Shown: positions 1 to 13,301 of the stretch, piece after piece | Position numbering within the stretch: position 1 is the stretch's first letter | How the letters are laid out: each line of letters starts with the position of its first letter | Assembly (NCBI RefSeq): GCF_006345805.1 | Contig: NC_043007.1 | Span: 71,114,001-71,178,000 of the forward strand | DNA from: Octopus sinensis | Taxonomy: Eukaryota | Length of the DNA: 64,000 nucleotides | Direction of reading: 5' to 3' | Notes under the pieces: generated by a model | Seen by the model: only the letters and a program-made list of their open reading frames with translations | What the model was told of the DNA's origin: nothing | The model's database searches: none | Program-made: the position numbers and the translations under genes

Positions 1-523
1 ACACCTTGATCCATGGACCTTAGCATTACGTATTATATATATATATATTATATATATATATATATATTATATATATATATACTCAATGTAAAAATATATG
101 GTTAAGAACCTTGCTTTCACAAATGTGAGTTTGGGTTCAAACTCTTTGCATGCCACTTTGGGGAAGTGTCTTCTTCAGTAGCCCTGGACCAACCAAGGTC
201 TTGCAGTCGGTAGGCAGAAACTGAAAGATTGCATTATGTATGCGCACGGACACACACACACACTCACACATCTGTGTGTATTCTTATCATTTCTTGTTCT
301 CACATCATGTGATACTTGTGAGTGTATATCATCATCATTCAAGCAAATGTTTGTCGTAATCTTCCCTGAGAAGTGTGTCTGGCTAGGGACAAATTCTACC
401 TTGCTTGGAACCAGATGAGAAATGTTAACCATGGCAAACATAGAATAGTGGATATTAGATGATGATGATATCCACACACAATATGTGTGCGGATATATGT
501 ATATATATATATATATATATACA

Positions 524-1017
524 CTAGCTGCCTCTACCCGATTTTATTCGGGTCTCCTTGGGTTGCCACATTTTTAAAGATGATGAGAAGTAGGTCACAA
601 ATGGTATGAAGTTTTATTGTATAGGTGTTTGGCATTCATGGAATGGAAGGAATGAGAACATAAAGTTCACACAGTCTTTGAAAAGTCACACGGAAGGTAC
701 TATGAGGACAATATTGGTCCATCATTTGGAAGACAAAATGCATGATTATAAAGCACAACAGCCCAAAGTGCATGCTGTTGGGCATTAGATGCCAATCGTA
801 CCAAATTGGAGGGGTTTAGAGCCACCTTGAATCAATAAAAAATCACTCTTCTCACCATAGCAACCGCATCCTTCCAGATGGTGAGTTTTAACCTACTTAA
901 CCCCCTGCCTCATCATGCCTTATATGCCTGTGTCAATTTTCAGCTCGATCCGACCACTAGTCTGGTCGCCAACCTCTGATGTAGCAAAATGTGCACACAA
1001 TTTTCACCTAAAGCCTC

Positions 1018-1050
<33 letters not shown>
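524..1050 (-). mobile_element. Non-autonomous Helitron
   Basis: On the minus strand the 3' end is CTAG|T (524-527), preceded by a subterminal hairpin ACCCG-AATAAAAT-CGGGT (536-553). The 5' end runs into a (TA)n tract. Confidence 0.7.
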
Positions 1051-1063
<13 letters not shown>

Positions 1064-1069
1064 ATGAAA

Positions 1070-1290
1070 TTAATGGTTTCAAATTTTGGCACTTGGCAAG
1101 CAATTTTAAGTGAAGGGGTTAGTAGGGGGTTAGTTGATTTCATCAACCAATGTTTAACTGGTATTCTATTTCATTGGTGCTGGAGGGATAAAAGGCAAAG
1201 TTAACTATTACGCAATTTGAACTCGGCACATAAACAGGAAAAATACTACTAAGCATTTCAGCCATCATTCTAGTGATTCTACCTGCACAC
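1070..1290 (-). mobile_element. Decayed tRNA-headed SINE, family B
   Basis: Matches the reverse complement of the clean family B copies at 7370-7580 and 50314-50545 (gataaaaggcaaagtt...atttgaactc...ctaagcattt). Confidence 0.65.
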
Positions 1291-1350
1291 ATAGATATAT
1301 ATATATATGTATATATGGCTGTGTATGATTGTGTCCTGAAGAATATATTA

Positions 1351-1653
1351 CTCAAAGAAATTCTATTGTCTGATTTTCACACTTTATTTACAATCTTATA
1401 ATAATATAATATAAGATAATATAATGAATTGAAATGATAGAATATTAAATGTCCAATCTGATTGAACTAGTACTTTCATGCATTAAACTATGCAATCTTC
1501 AGGTTCATTTAGTTCTGGTGACAGTTATGTTTTACAATTATGTTTAATGCATGAAAGTATTAGTTCAATCAGAATGAATTTTTGATATTCTATCATTTCA
1601 TCATATCTTATGTTATATTATTTATAAGATTGTAAAGTTGGAATTTCTTTGAG
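1351..1653. repeat. Fold-back (inverted repeat) element containing a hammerhead-like motif
   Basis: Arms of about 130 bp: ctcaaagaaattc...ctgattgaactagtactttcatgcattaaac versus gtttaatgcatgaaagtattagttcaatcag...gaatttctttgag. Confidence 0.8.
1463..1507 (-). ncRNA. Minimal type I hammerhead ribozyme candidate (H1), intact core
   Basis: Minus strand reads UGAAC-CUGAAGA-U-UGCAU-AGUUUA-AUGCA-U-GAAA-GUACU-A-GUUCA. Helix I is UGAAC/GUUCA, stem II is UGCAU/AUGCA, helix III is palindromic (AGUACU), and the cleavage triplet is CUA. Confidence 0.7.
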
Positions 1654-1668
1654 TTATATACACGCACA

Positions 1669-1711
<43 letters not shown>

Positions 1712-1744
1712 TTACACACACAGAGGCACATATATAATTAATCA

Positions 1745-2055
1745 TAAATATAATTAAGGGTTTAGCAACAAGTTGCTTCACCACATACCGAAAAATTTAG
1801 AAATAGCAGCTAAAAGACAACTAATTCTTTTCACTACAAATATGACTCCGCAGACAACAATATTTGTAACTCACATAGGCAAAAATATTGTTGTCTGTGG
1901 AGTCTGTTTGATTTCATTATTTTTTTTTCTTTTTGCCTGAGTTACAAATATTGTTGTCTGTGGAGTCATATTTGTAGTGAAAAGAATTAGCTGCTATTTC
2001 TAAATTTTTGGCATGTGGTGAAGCAACTTGTTGCTAAACCCTTAATTATATTATA
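1745..2055. repeat. Fold-back element between TA-rich tracts
   Basis: tataattaagggtttagcaacaagttgcttcaccaca...gactccgcagacaacaatatttgtaactc is mirrored by gagttacaaatattgttgtctgtggagtc...tggtgaagcaacttgttgctaaacccttaattata. A third partial arm lies at about 1885-1905. Confidence 0.85.
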
Positions 2056-2801
2056 ATTATATATAAAAAAACTTTTTGTACAAATTTTTACTGATAAAGT
2101 TTTTTTTTCCATACTGAAACTACTTGGTAAAATTTATTAATTATTAAATTAATAATTCTTTACCCTATATCTGTAACGTATATTATTAATCAGATATATT
2201 CAATGAGAATACAGTATTCTGAATTTCAAATAAGTGCTCTTGGTAGGGAAATGTCTAAAGCCTTAAAGGTATTCAGATATTTAATACGAGTGATTATATA
2301 TTATAAAGTATAAAGTAAGACAAGGAAAAATTACATCAAAAAATCATCACAGAAGATATATGTCCAAAATAATATTGTATTAAATATATAAATATATAAA
2401 GTACGGTTATTTAAAATGTTTAAAATATCTTACGATCATTTCATGAGTGTATTATCCATCAAAATGAAAACTAATATTGAGAATCATTATGGATTATTGC
2501 AGAGCATTTTACCACGGATGTATATTATTTCTTCAAAAGTTTGTACCAACACACATCTATGCTAGTAACTTTTTTAAACAGCATCTTTTTCATATATTTT
2601 TAAATAGCATCTGATTGACTATATGGAAATTCACTTTATTTCTCTGACAAGTGGATGTATTACCTAATAATGGTTATCAATTTTAGATTTCATTTTGAAG
2701 GGTAATACATTCATGAAACAATTGTAAGATATTTTAAACTTTTTAAATAATCACACTTTATATATTTATATACCTATCTATTAATACAATATTATTTTGG
2801 A

Positions 2802-3208
2802 TACTCTTTTACTCTTTTACTTGTTTCCTTCATTTGACTGCGGCCATGCTGGAGCACCGCCTTTAGTCGAACAAATCGACCCCAGGACTTATTCATTGTA
2901 AGCCTAGTACTTATTCTATCTGGCTCCTTTTACCGAACCGTTAAATTACAGGGACATAAACACACACCAGCATCGGTTGTCAAGCGATGTTGGGGGTACA
3001 AACACAGACATGCAAACATATACACACACATACACATATATATACATATATACGATGGGCTTCTTTCAGTTTCCATTTACTAAATCCACTCACAAGGCTT
3101 TGGTCGGCCCGAGGCTATAGTAGAAGGCACTTGCCCAAGGTGCCATGCAGTGGGACTGAACCTGGAACCATGTGGCTCGTAAGCAAGCAACTTACCACTC
3201 ATGCCTAT
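2802..3208 (-). mobile_element. Full-length tRNA-headed SINE, family A (internal TA/CA microsatellite, TAAAAGAG tail)
   Basis: tRNA-like head with B-box-like GGTTCAGTCCC, body ggcaccttgggcaagtg...gaaactgaaagaagcc, an internal microsatellite, and tail cagcatggccgcagtcaaatga...gtaaaagagtaaaagag. Many homologous copies occur in the window. Confidence 0.9.
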
Positions 3209-3271
3209 CTTCTGTGATGATTTTTTGATGTAATTTTTCCTGCTCTTACTTTACACTTTATAATACACACA

Positions 3272-3321
<50 letters not shown>

Positions 3322-3799
3322 AAACACAAATATATAATTAAAAATCACTCAAGCTGTGGAATTCATCTTCTCATGGTTTCCTGGTAGGAATAATAAATGT
3401 ATTTTGCCATTTTGCAAGCTGCTAATTTCAACATGGTGAGTTAGCAACTCCTTATGAGTTAAATGATACTTAAATGAGCACATAGGGTTTGGGAAAGAGA
3501 AAGAGTGATGGAAGGGAAATAATTCACTGAACAGACTCTTATAAGGGTGAAGATTTTATAAACCAATACAGGAGGCACAAAGGAAAAGCAAAGAGTGGGA
3601 AGGTTATTGGAATTATACAAGGTGAGGTATAGGAGGGCCATTAGTATTTAATCATTTGTGCATCCATGGAGTAAATGAAGCTAGGTAAGACTGATGGATA
3701 TATCACTACAAATATTATGGTGTAGCAGGGATATATTCATTAATTGGAGTTAAAAAGGATTGCATCCAAATTAATTGTTTATGGCTTTTCTGGTGATTT

Positions 3800-4210
3800 A
3801 TCTCTAATTTCTGCTAAAATGCAATTTGTAAAGTGTGGACATTTTGCTTTTGGTATTTATACAGTTCCTTGATGTTCACAGGTTCTTCAAAAGATAAAGT
3901 TTTTAAATATACTTATGGAACATCTTTCTGCTCCATTAATATATGGTCCAGTTTTAGAAAGAATCTTTCAGTTAATGTAGTTGGTGCCTGTGTCTCCAGT
4001 CTCCATATTAATACTAGAGGGTTGTGGTGTGCATCATTTTGGGGTACCTAAAAGAAGAAAATTAGTCATTCTGTCTGCTTTTAAATTTATCTTCCATGAC
4101 TCCTATATAGTGTTTGATTTCTCTCTGGCCAATGTCGTGGTTTGCCATTACTTGTGCCTCATATACAAGAGGATTTCAGTGCATGCCTTTCTCAGAAGGC
4201 ATTTAGAAGC
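3800..4210 (-). pseudogene. Decayed GIY-YIG endonuclease region of a Penelope-like retroelement
   Basis: Minus-strand translation with stops and frameshifts: CLLRKAC..VYEAQVMANHDIGQREIKHYIGVMEDKFKSRQND*FSSFRYPK..., followed by NGAERCS...KCPH. This matches the PLE pattern (CPL..C..VY.A.V...YIG..E..FK.R..NH.SSFR...RC.LC...C.H). Upstream 4210-5950 may be decayed RT but could not be confirmed. Confidence 0.7.
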
Positions 4211-6844
4211 AGTATTAAATCAAAACAGCCATCTATGTATCATACTTACTGTAAATACGTTGTTGAAAAAAACATTTTTCTGTTATATTTATCTAAAGAA
4301 AACACCTTATATGAACATGCTGTGTTTAAAAACATGCATTTATATCAAAAGGAGATGAAAATCATGCCAACAATGGCTAGGAAGAATGTCAGATGCAGTT
4401 TGACCCTTTTTGAGCCTTGTCATTGGTGTGTCCTCACATCTTACTACATTCTTAGATGAGATGTATTACTTGCCATATGTTGGAAAATTATGCAAAACAT
4501 TCACTAGTATTCTGAGTAGCCACCTTGCTGATTAAAAATCTTATATGCAACAGATGCAGTTTTAAATTAAACAGTGATATCATACTTAGTACAATGTACT
4601 TTACATCAATCTTGTACCTTGCTCCAGTTACAAATCTGCTTCAGCATTCAGGAGGTTACCTGAAAGGAACTGCCACATGTCCTCTATGTTGTAGGCCTCT
4701 ATTTCCTCCTTTTCATCACCACCATCGTCTAGAATTACTCTGGCCACATATTTAGCACAAGGGGACAGTTTCTACATCTTCCTTCCCCAGACTGTATTGT
4801 GCCTCCCAGTTTGTCTAACTCTTATTCAGATGTCACTTATCAGTTACCTATGTTGGGTGGAACATTCTTCACCTGAAAGAAGAATTAGCATTTATAACCA
4901 TAAGTCTTTTCTGTTTTCAGATTAGATTAGATTGAAATCTATCTGGTTTTTATGTCCACCAGGCTAGAATGTGATCAAGTGGCTTGGTGGTTTCCTGAAA
5001 TGCTTAGTTCATTTGTATCACAACATTCCTGAAGCCTTGTTGCACTGCATTTCAGAAACTACAACCATAATCACTATGTATTTCTGAGTAACCCTCATGA
5101 TACTGGCTGATACATGCATTAGAGTCACCAGTCTTCAAGATAGTATCAGTGTTATTTGTTATTAAGATGGTTCAGAAGAGAGCCTTATAGAAGTAACTCT
5201 TTTACTCATCTGTCAATCGCTATTGTGAGATATAAGCAGAAATGCTGTTGGTATGCCAATAACTAAGTGAAGATTAATAATCTTGCAACATACTTTTATT
5301 ATTACACATCCATTTTTCAGTCATCTGAAACCCTGCTTTTACAAAGTAAGCAACATTGTTTCCTTCTTAAAAGAATTTGTACTGCTGTTGTTTGCCTGTG
5401 GAGAGTCTGATCAAGGCTCCCCTCTATCTTATCTCCTGCAGACAGCACATATCTTAGTGGCATCTTGTAGTACAGTTACATGAAATTCTGACAATAAAGT
5501 AATACGGACAAGGACAGACGTTTATAGATGCACAGATGGACCAACAGGTCTTGCTTACAATTAGTTATTTCACCATCTTGTAACTTAGAAAAAGATGATT
5601 CTATGATCTGTTCAATTCTTTTTTTGTGATTTATGAAAGGCATCCATCCACACAGATTCCATATACCTAGTTCATTCACTAGGCATAAGTCAGATTGATA
5701 GCCAGGAGCAAAATAGAAAACTCTTGCCAAAGTTGCTATGGTAGACAGAACTTTTTAAGCTCACAGTTATAAGCATGCCAATATATTCAACTTTAAAATT
5801 ATTAATTATATTTAAAAGTTTTTTTAAAAGAAGGCAGACTGACAGAAACATGATGGAAGGAAAAGTGCTTTGTGAAAGCACTTTCAGTGTTTTTAGCTTT
5901 TCAAACCAAGTGTATTTGAAAAGCCAAAAACAGTGAAAGCACCTACACAAAATCTTCCTTCCATCAGGTCTGTGTTAATCTGCTTTTCTATTTTTTTTAG
6001 AGAGATTAAAAAAAAATTATAAAATCATTTTTATGTTAAGAAAACCGTTTTTCAAAGATATATGTATATATGCATGCTTTATGCACACATGCTTAATATT
6101 AATACATTCTTTTAGTATTTTATATTTTTAGCATATTTTTGCTTTATATATTGGATTACATTATCATGCATCTGCCTTATGCAAAGAGCAGTCCATATGT
6201 TTATAACATAAAAGATGTTCTGAAAGATAGACACACGTGCACATGCATGCATGCACACACACACACACACTCACACACACATGCATACGTTCATGCATAC
6301 ACACATTTATGTGAGAAACAACAGAGTGATTATAGAGAAATAGACACAAAGAAGACTACGTAGAGAAATTGATTTGTTCTAGAGATATGTCCATCTCGTA
6401 ATACTGAAGTTAGTTTCATACTATTTCAATATTATTAGTCCATTGTACCCATTTAACTAGTAGGGTTGTTTGCCTCTGCTATAGTTTAACTAGATTGTCA
6501 CCCAATCAATATGATCAATATATCTAGGGGCTAGTGACAACATGAAACAAGGTTAGCTGACTCATTCTTGATGATGTTAATCTCATTCAATAGCTTCACA
6601 ACTTTATATTGATTTCTCTTCCCTTTACCTTATCTTTTCATTTGAAATATTCACAGTCATCTGTAACTGTAAACAAACTTGATTATATTTGTATTATATT
6701 TGCACTTATTTTAAATATGAAAGCCAAATCTAAATTTCGTTCTTTTAAGTGCAATTTTTCATCTTTTTTTTTTCATCAGTTGTATCTCATCCGTTTCTAT
6801 ATGGCAAATTTGAAGACAACATATTTTTTTGAATTCATCTTAAT

Positions 6845-7057
6845 TGATGTGACCGCGTGTACACCGTTGGCGATTTTTTTTCCTCCGTCTTCCCTTCTCT
6901 TGATCTTTCCTTTTCCTGTGTTTCTGACGAAGAGCTCCGCTCGAAACGTTAAACCCTCCTTCTTCCCTTCCTTCCTGAGCATCCAATAATACTATATTTG
7001 TTCCACGTCCTCGCGTTGTTGTGTTTTCTCTTTGTGTTTTCATGTTTGGATTAACTT
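6845..7057 (+). mobile_element. ~215-bp dispersed element carrying a hammerhead motif (copy 1)
   Basis: Aligns end to end with the reverse complement of 31381-31595 and ends in TA-rich sequence. Confidence 0.8.
6920..6954 (+). ncRNA. Minimal type I hammerhead ribozyme candidate (H2)
   Basis: GUUU-CUGACGA-A-GAGC-UCC-GCUC-GAAAC-GUU-AAAC. Helix I is GUUU/AAAC, stem II is GAGC/GCUC, and helix III is palindromic (AACGUU). Confidence 0.7.
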
Positions 7058-7369
7058 TATATATTTACATATATTCTTTTATTAATCGACTGCTTTCAGC
7101 TCATGTAGTTGTTATCATACCTGTCTAGCATCTAGAAAATGAGTTAGCTCACTTCCTTCATCTGTATCTCGTGCTGTAATGTCAGCTCACTAGAGACTGT
7201 TCAGAACAAAAACCATTTTGAAACTGTTGACATTGGCTCTGCATTTTCATGAACTGTGGTTCCTTGAAATGCATGAATTTTGATACTTTTTGTCTTTTTT
7301 CAAGGTGAAGGAGATAGAAATTTTGGAACTAAGATATTTACATTCAATATTTACAATATTTACATTCTG

Positions 7370-7580
7370 CGAGCTGGCAGAAACGTTAGCACGGCAGGCG
7401 AAATGCGTAGCCGTATTTCGTCTGCCGTTACGTTCTGAGTTCAAATTCCGCCGAGGTCGACTTTACCTTTCATCCTTTCGGGGTTGATTAAATAAGTACA
7501 AGTTACGCACTGGGGTCGATATAATCGACTTAATCCGTTTGTCTGTCCTTGTTTAGCCCCTTGTGGGTTGTAAAGAAATA
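7370..7580 (+). mobile_element. tRNA-headed SINE, family B (ctttcatcctttcggggtcgat core, probably Meta/MESC-type)
   Basis: gcgagctggcagaaacgttagc head, GAGTTCAAATTCC B-box and tail ending aaagaaata. Flanked by a duplicated gatatttacattcaat (TSD). The Meta assignment is from memory. Confidence 0.85.
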
Positions 7581-8656
7581 GATATTTACATTCAATTTAG
7601 GAATTGTCTTCTTTTCAATTCCAAAGTTTGGCACTGGTTGCTCCAAGTCTTTACAGATATAGATAAGTGCACAGAACTCCCTTCCTCATTCCAGGAAATA
7701 TAATCTCAAAGATTAGATTTCAAACTGTTTCTTTCTTAATATTTAGATCCTTGTGAAGTTGGCTAATGTAAATAGGTGTCATTTTCTTCTTCAGTTTGGA
7801 AATTTTAGTGATTTGTCTGCAATGACTGGTCACATGTAGGTAATTATTGAACAGAGCCTACTCTACATGTGATATGGTGGCAGTGGTGATGATGGTGGTG
7901 GTTGTTGTAGTGGTGGTGGATGGTTGTTGTGGTGGTGGTGGTGGTAATAATACTGGAGGTGAAAGTGGTAGTAATTAATAGATCATTGGATTTGAAGGAT
8001 TAGAGTTTTGCTTTCATGGTTTTCAAGATATGTCAGCAAAAAAGAATTTTCTCAAAGACTGCACAATTATGGAGTTGTTATGCTGTCATTGTTTGTTTTA
8101 TTCACTGAAGAAACTTTGTCAAACAACCGTTGTTTTGTTTGGTGTTTTTTATCAATGGCCATTCCACAGAGATGGAATGAATTGGAGTTTTAGATTTCAC
8201 CATGAATTTGAAGTTTGGTTTGGTTCAGTTCTCTTTAAGTGAAATGGTATATTTTATTGTTCTCAGTATGAATTCTGACACAGTTTGGATGGAAGAAAGG
8301 ACATTTTTGCCCTTTGTAGTTCTTTATTTGGGTACAATGCCATGGCCTTTGCACAGAGGTTATTGTGTGAGTGGCTTTCAGCAGTTTTGATCAAATTTTG
8401 CTGTAATGTTTATATAGAAAAACAAACAAACACTGAAGAGGCTATTGTCTTTTCATTCTTCCCAGTTATGATTGGCCCATGCTGGAGGTGGGTTGATGCC
8501 CATATTTGGAAGATAGAAATCGATCGCACTGGAAGTGCCTAATTCGTTATTTTATTAATTTTCTTTTCTGCAATTGATGTGTTTTACCACTTTTATTCTT
8601 CTTATTTATATACATACACAAATTAATATACATAGCCACGTTTATGCGTGTGTGTG

Positions 8657-8690
<34 letters not shown>

Positions 8691-8848
8691 ATGTGTTTAT
8701 GGGTGTGCATGTGTATTAGGTAGTGTATTTATTGGCACATATATAGTGTGCATTAATCTATGTACGTGTTTCTCTGAACATCTACAAATATGTTTATTTG
8801 TGTACATCCGTTTAAGAACTTCTTCAAACTTGTTAATATCCCTCATGC

Positions 8849-8882
<34 letters not shown>

Positions 8883-8883
8883 G

Positions 8884-8938
8884 TTATATAGAGGGCATTA
8901 CTAGACATAAATGCCACAGTAATGCCCTCTATATAATA
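8884..8938. repeat. Short hairpin element inside a (TA)n tract
   Basis: tatatagagggcattact / agtaatgccctctatata inverted pair around a short loop. Confidence 0.75.
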
Positions 8939-9047
8939 TAAATAAATATATTTAAGTGAAAAAATTGGTGGATTTTTTTCTCTTATGAGGTTTTTCACAC
9001 TAACTACTTGATAAATTCTTATAAAGATTTTATCCTATTTTTAAAAG

Positions 9048-9084
<37 letters not shown>

Positions 9085-9581
9085 CTGTATGTATGTATAT
9101 ATGTGTGCATATGTATGTATGTCAGTATGTATATATATATATGTATAATCTCCCTATATATGCAACTATTTCCTTCCACTCACTTCAACAAATACACACA
9201 TATGAACATACTCAAAATAGACTGTACTGAATCCCATCAAACTTCCTGAAGTGATGGCAAATATTCTGATATATCAATGTGATATTTTCTTAACCAAATA
9301 TTCACACATTTATGTGCACTGTGTCCTTAACCAAGCCCATAAGGTATAAGAAAATACATAAAAAAAAAAAAAATGCAAAATGCTTAAAAAAGAGAACAAC
9401 ATAAGTAGTGAAAATATATTAATTTCATGAAGGAAGTCTTGTTGCTGTGGGGGAGATAGCAATGATAAATCTGAGAAGCTCATTAATCAGGAATTGTGTG
9501 AGAGTAAACCTATACATGTCATTTCTAGGTTGCTGCTCTCTTCTCTGCTTACCATATTTCTCAACCTGTTGATTGGCTGGA

Positions 9582-10050
<469 letters not shown>

Positions 10051-10476
10051 CACATTATCCTCTCTCTCAATCACATAATCAAATCTTATGTATTCTATGG
10101 TAGACATTGCAGCTCTTTATATCCTGCTGTCACCCTTTAGTCTATTCACCCACCACCACTTAAAACCAAAGCAAGTCAGTTCAGCTGATCACTGTTAGCA
10201 GGTAAATGTCGCCACTGCTGTGTCCCTAAAATCTCTACCCTGTACTGCCTCTGTCAACTACAACTAATACTTGCATCCGATAAATATTCTTCAAAGCTAG
10301 CTGTAGCCGAGGTCACAACTCCAAAAACCGAAAGTTCCCCACTCTACTCTTTAATAAAAGGAGAATGACTATATATTTCAACACCTAAACCATTATGTCC
10401 TCCAGTGAAGATGGAAATACCTGCATCTAAGATGCTGCACAAATGTTGAGATTTGATCAAAACTATAACATCAACA

Positions 10477-10845
10477 TAGGTGCAGGAGTGGCTGTGTGGT
10501 AAGTAGCTTGCTTACCGACCACATAGTTCTGGGTTCAGTCCCACTGCGTGACACCTTGAGCAAGTGTCTTCTACTATAGTCTCAGGCGAACCAAAGCCTT
10601 GTGAGTGGATTTGGTAGACGGAAACTGAAAGAAGCCTGTCGTATATATATATATATGTATGTGTGTGTATATGTTTGTGTGTCTGTGTTTGTCCCGCAAC
10701 ATCGCTTGACAACCGATGCTGTTGTGTTTACGTCCCCATAACTTAGTGGTTTGGCAAAAGAGACCGATACAATAAGTACTAGGCTTCCAAAGGATAAGTC
10801 CTGGGGGCGAATTTCCCGACTAAAGGTGATGCTTTAGTAAAAGAG
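10477..10845 (+). mobile_element. SINE family A copy
   Basis: taggtgcaggagtggctgtgtggtaagtagcttgc head, GGGTTCAGTCCC, internal microsatellite, degenerate tail. Confidence 0.85.
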
Positions 10846-11597
10846 ATACCTTCTATTTTATAGCTGTACATTCAGAGTGAAGTACCTTTTGAGCTTAACC
10901 ACCTTTGGTGAAAGGTTTTGGCTTATTCAGTCAGGCCAAACCAGAATTGCACAAGAAGAACAATTTCTCATATTGGCTCAATGCCACAATAATTTAGTGA
11001 AAAAAAAAGGTGCCATTAATTAAATTATTAAATTAACCGAATTTATTGTCAAGACTTACTTTATTTAACTTTGAGTGATAGGGAATAATGTCATATTTGA
11101 TGAATAAAGGTTATTGGTGGTAATGTTCTAATAAAAATGCCAATCCAATGCAAACACAAGAAGCCTAACACCATTCTGTGGGAAATAAAAATCATGCATT
11201 GTTGTTGAGATCTGCTGCCTGGGAGGTGTAAATATTTCATCTAAAATTGAGGAAAGAAGAATATTTATGGAGAAGTAATCAGAAAATCTATAGGGAACAT
11301 CTTATAGCTCTTATATCAATAGGGAACATCTTATATCTCTTATATCAAGAGATCTTCATTTGTAAGTTTTATTGCAGATGAAATTTTCCTGTGTAAGACC
11401 AGATTTGTATAGGATCCAAGACGTTGTGGGCCTCTCCAAGAATGAACAGAAGTGATTCGCTGAAAGGAGAAATATACTTCCACTTGATGCTATAGAAATT
11501 ATTGCAGAAAACAGGCTTTAAGAATTCTTGAGATTTTGAGAAAAAAAAACAAATCAACTTGAGTAATTTTGAATTTAGCTTGCATTCTTCAACATCA

Positions 11598-11714
11598 TGC
11601 TACCACCACCACCACCACCATTTGCCTTTTGCTGTGATGGTGGCAGCAATGGTAGCAGCAGCAACAGCAGCAGCAGCAACAGTAGTAATAGTAGTAGTAG
11701 TGGTGGTGGTGGTG

Positions 11715-11759
<45 letters not shown>

Positions 11760-11760
11760 A
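11598..11760. repeat. Compound trinucleotide microsatellite (CCA/CAG/GGT/GTA)
   Basis: Direct inspection. Confidence 0.9.
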
Positions 11761-12501
11761 TTCGCAATATATGAGAACAGGAATAGTATCTAATCATTAA
11801 ATATTCAGTTCACTCCCTGCCAAGGAACGGTCAATCCAGTTATTTCTAATTACAAGAGTCTGTAACAACATGATGGTTCTGGGTGGTTGTTTTGTTTTAT
11901 GATGGATCCATGCTGTAAGTCTCTGCTAAATTTGCTTTCCCCTTTGTTGTTGCCTGCATTTCAGGGACAATTTATCTATCATTTATCATGAAAGGTCAAT
12001 AACCATTGTCATAGAAGGCACTAAGAACTTTCTTTTTGGAAAACTCTGTGTGTGTGTGTGTGCGTGTGCACTGAATAAATCAAAGAGTTTTATCATGAGG
12101 TTCTATGTAATTTAGGCAATTGATGTTTTTACTAGTGAAGTGTCCTTTCCAACAGTTTGGTCAATAAATAAATAAAAGAAACAAAAATTTACTTTCATGA
12201 ATTGAACAAGAAAAAAAAAAACTGATTTTTACTTTATCCCTTCCATGTCTCCTTCCTTCCTTCATTCCACCCATTACTGTTAATGTTTTCACTTCCTTCT
12301 TCTTCAGTGAGAAATTTACTGATCACAGAAATTGATTTCAATAGATTTAGTTTGGCTTTGGTAAAAACTGACATTTTCAATTTTGTCTAATTTTAGACAT
12401 CATGTACTCATGCAAGGCTTAGACTGTCTAGCTTAGTTAGTATGTTTGGGTTCTGCGTTAACATTTTCAAACACTGCTGTCTACATTTTGTTTCCATGTA
12501 T

Positions 12502-12519
<18 letters not shown>

Positions 12520-12550
<31 letters not shown>

Positions 12551-13301
12551 TTATATGTGTGTGTGTGTATGTGCCTTTGTGTCTGTGTTTGTCCCTTCCA
12601 CCCATCGGTTGACAACTGATGTTGGCGGTTCAGCAAAAGAGGCCAATAGGATAAGTACCGAGCTTACAAAGAATAAGTGGTGGGGTTGATTTATTTGACT
12701 TAAAGGTAGTGCTCCAGCATGGCCAGAGTCAAATGACTGAAGCAAATAAAAGAATATATATATGTATACTCTTTTACTCTTTTACTTGTTTCAGTCATTT
12801 GACTGTGGCCATGCTGGAGCACTGCCTTTAGTCAAGCAAATTGACACTAGGACTTATTCTTTGTAAGCCTAGTACTATTGGTCTCTTTTGCCGAACTGCT
12901 AAGTTACAGGGACATAAACACACCAGCAAGCGATATTGGGGGGACAAACACAGGCTCACAAACACACACACACACACACACATATATATACGACAGGTTT
13001 CTCTCAGTTTCTGTCCACTCACAAGGCTTTGGTCTGCCCGAGGTTATAGTATTTGCCTAACGTTCCACACAGTGGGACTGAACTCAGGACCATGTGGTTG
13101 GTAAGCAAGCTACTCACCACACAGCCACTCCATATATGTATGCATGTATGTATGTATGTATGTATGTATGTATATATATATATGGCTGGTTCTGAGCTCA
13201 CTGCCACTGCATAGCACCTTGGCCAAGTGTCTTCTACTATAGCTTTGGACTGAATAAAGCCTTTTGAGTGGATTTGGTAGATGGAAACTGAAAGAAGCCA
13301 G

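Noticed and set aside
2090-2140. Hammerhead-like CTGATAAAG...GAAACTACTT (similar relics at about 8985, 19765, 26385)
   Set aside because: Core and stems are mutated, so these were not called as ribozymes and are only noted as probable relics.
8000-8560. Coding-like stretch (possible Helitron helicase or LINE relic)
   Set aside because: No motif could be recovered in any frame.
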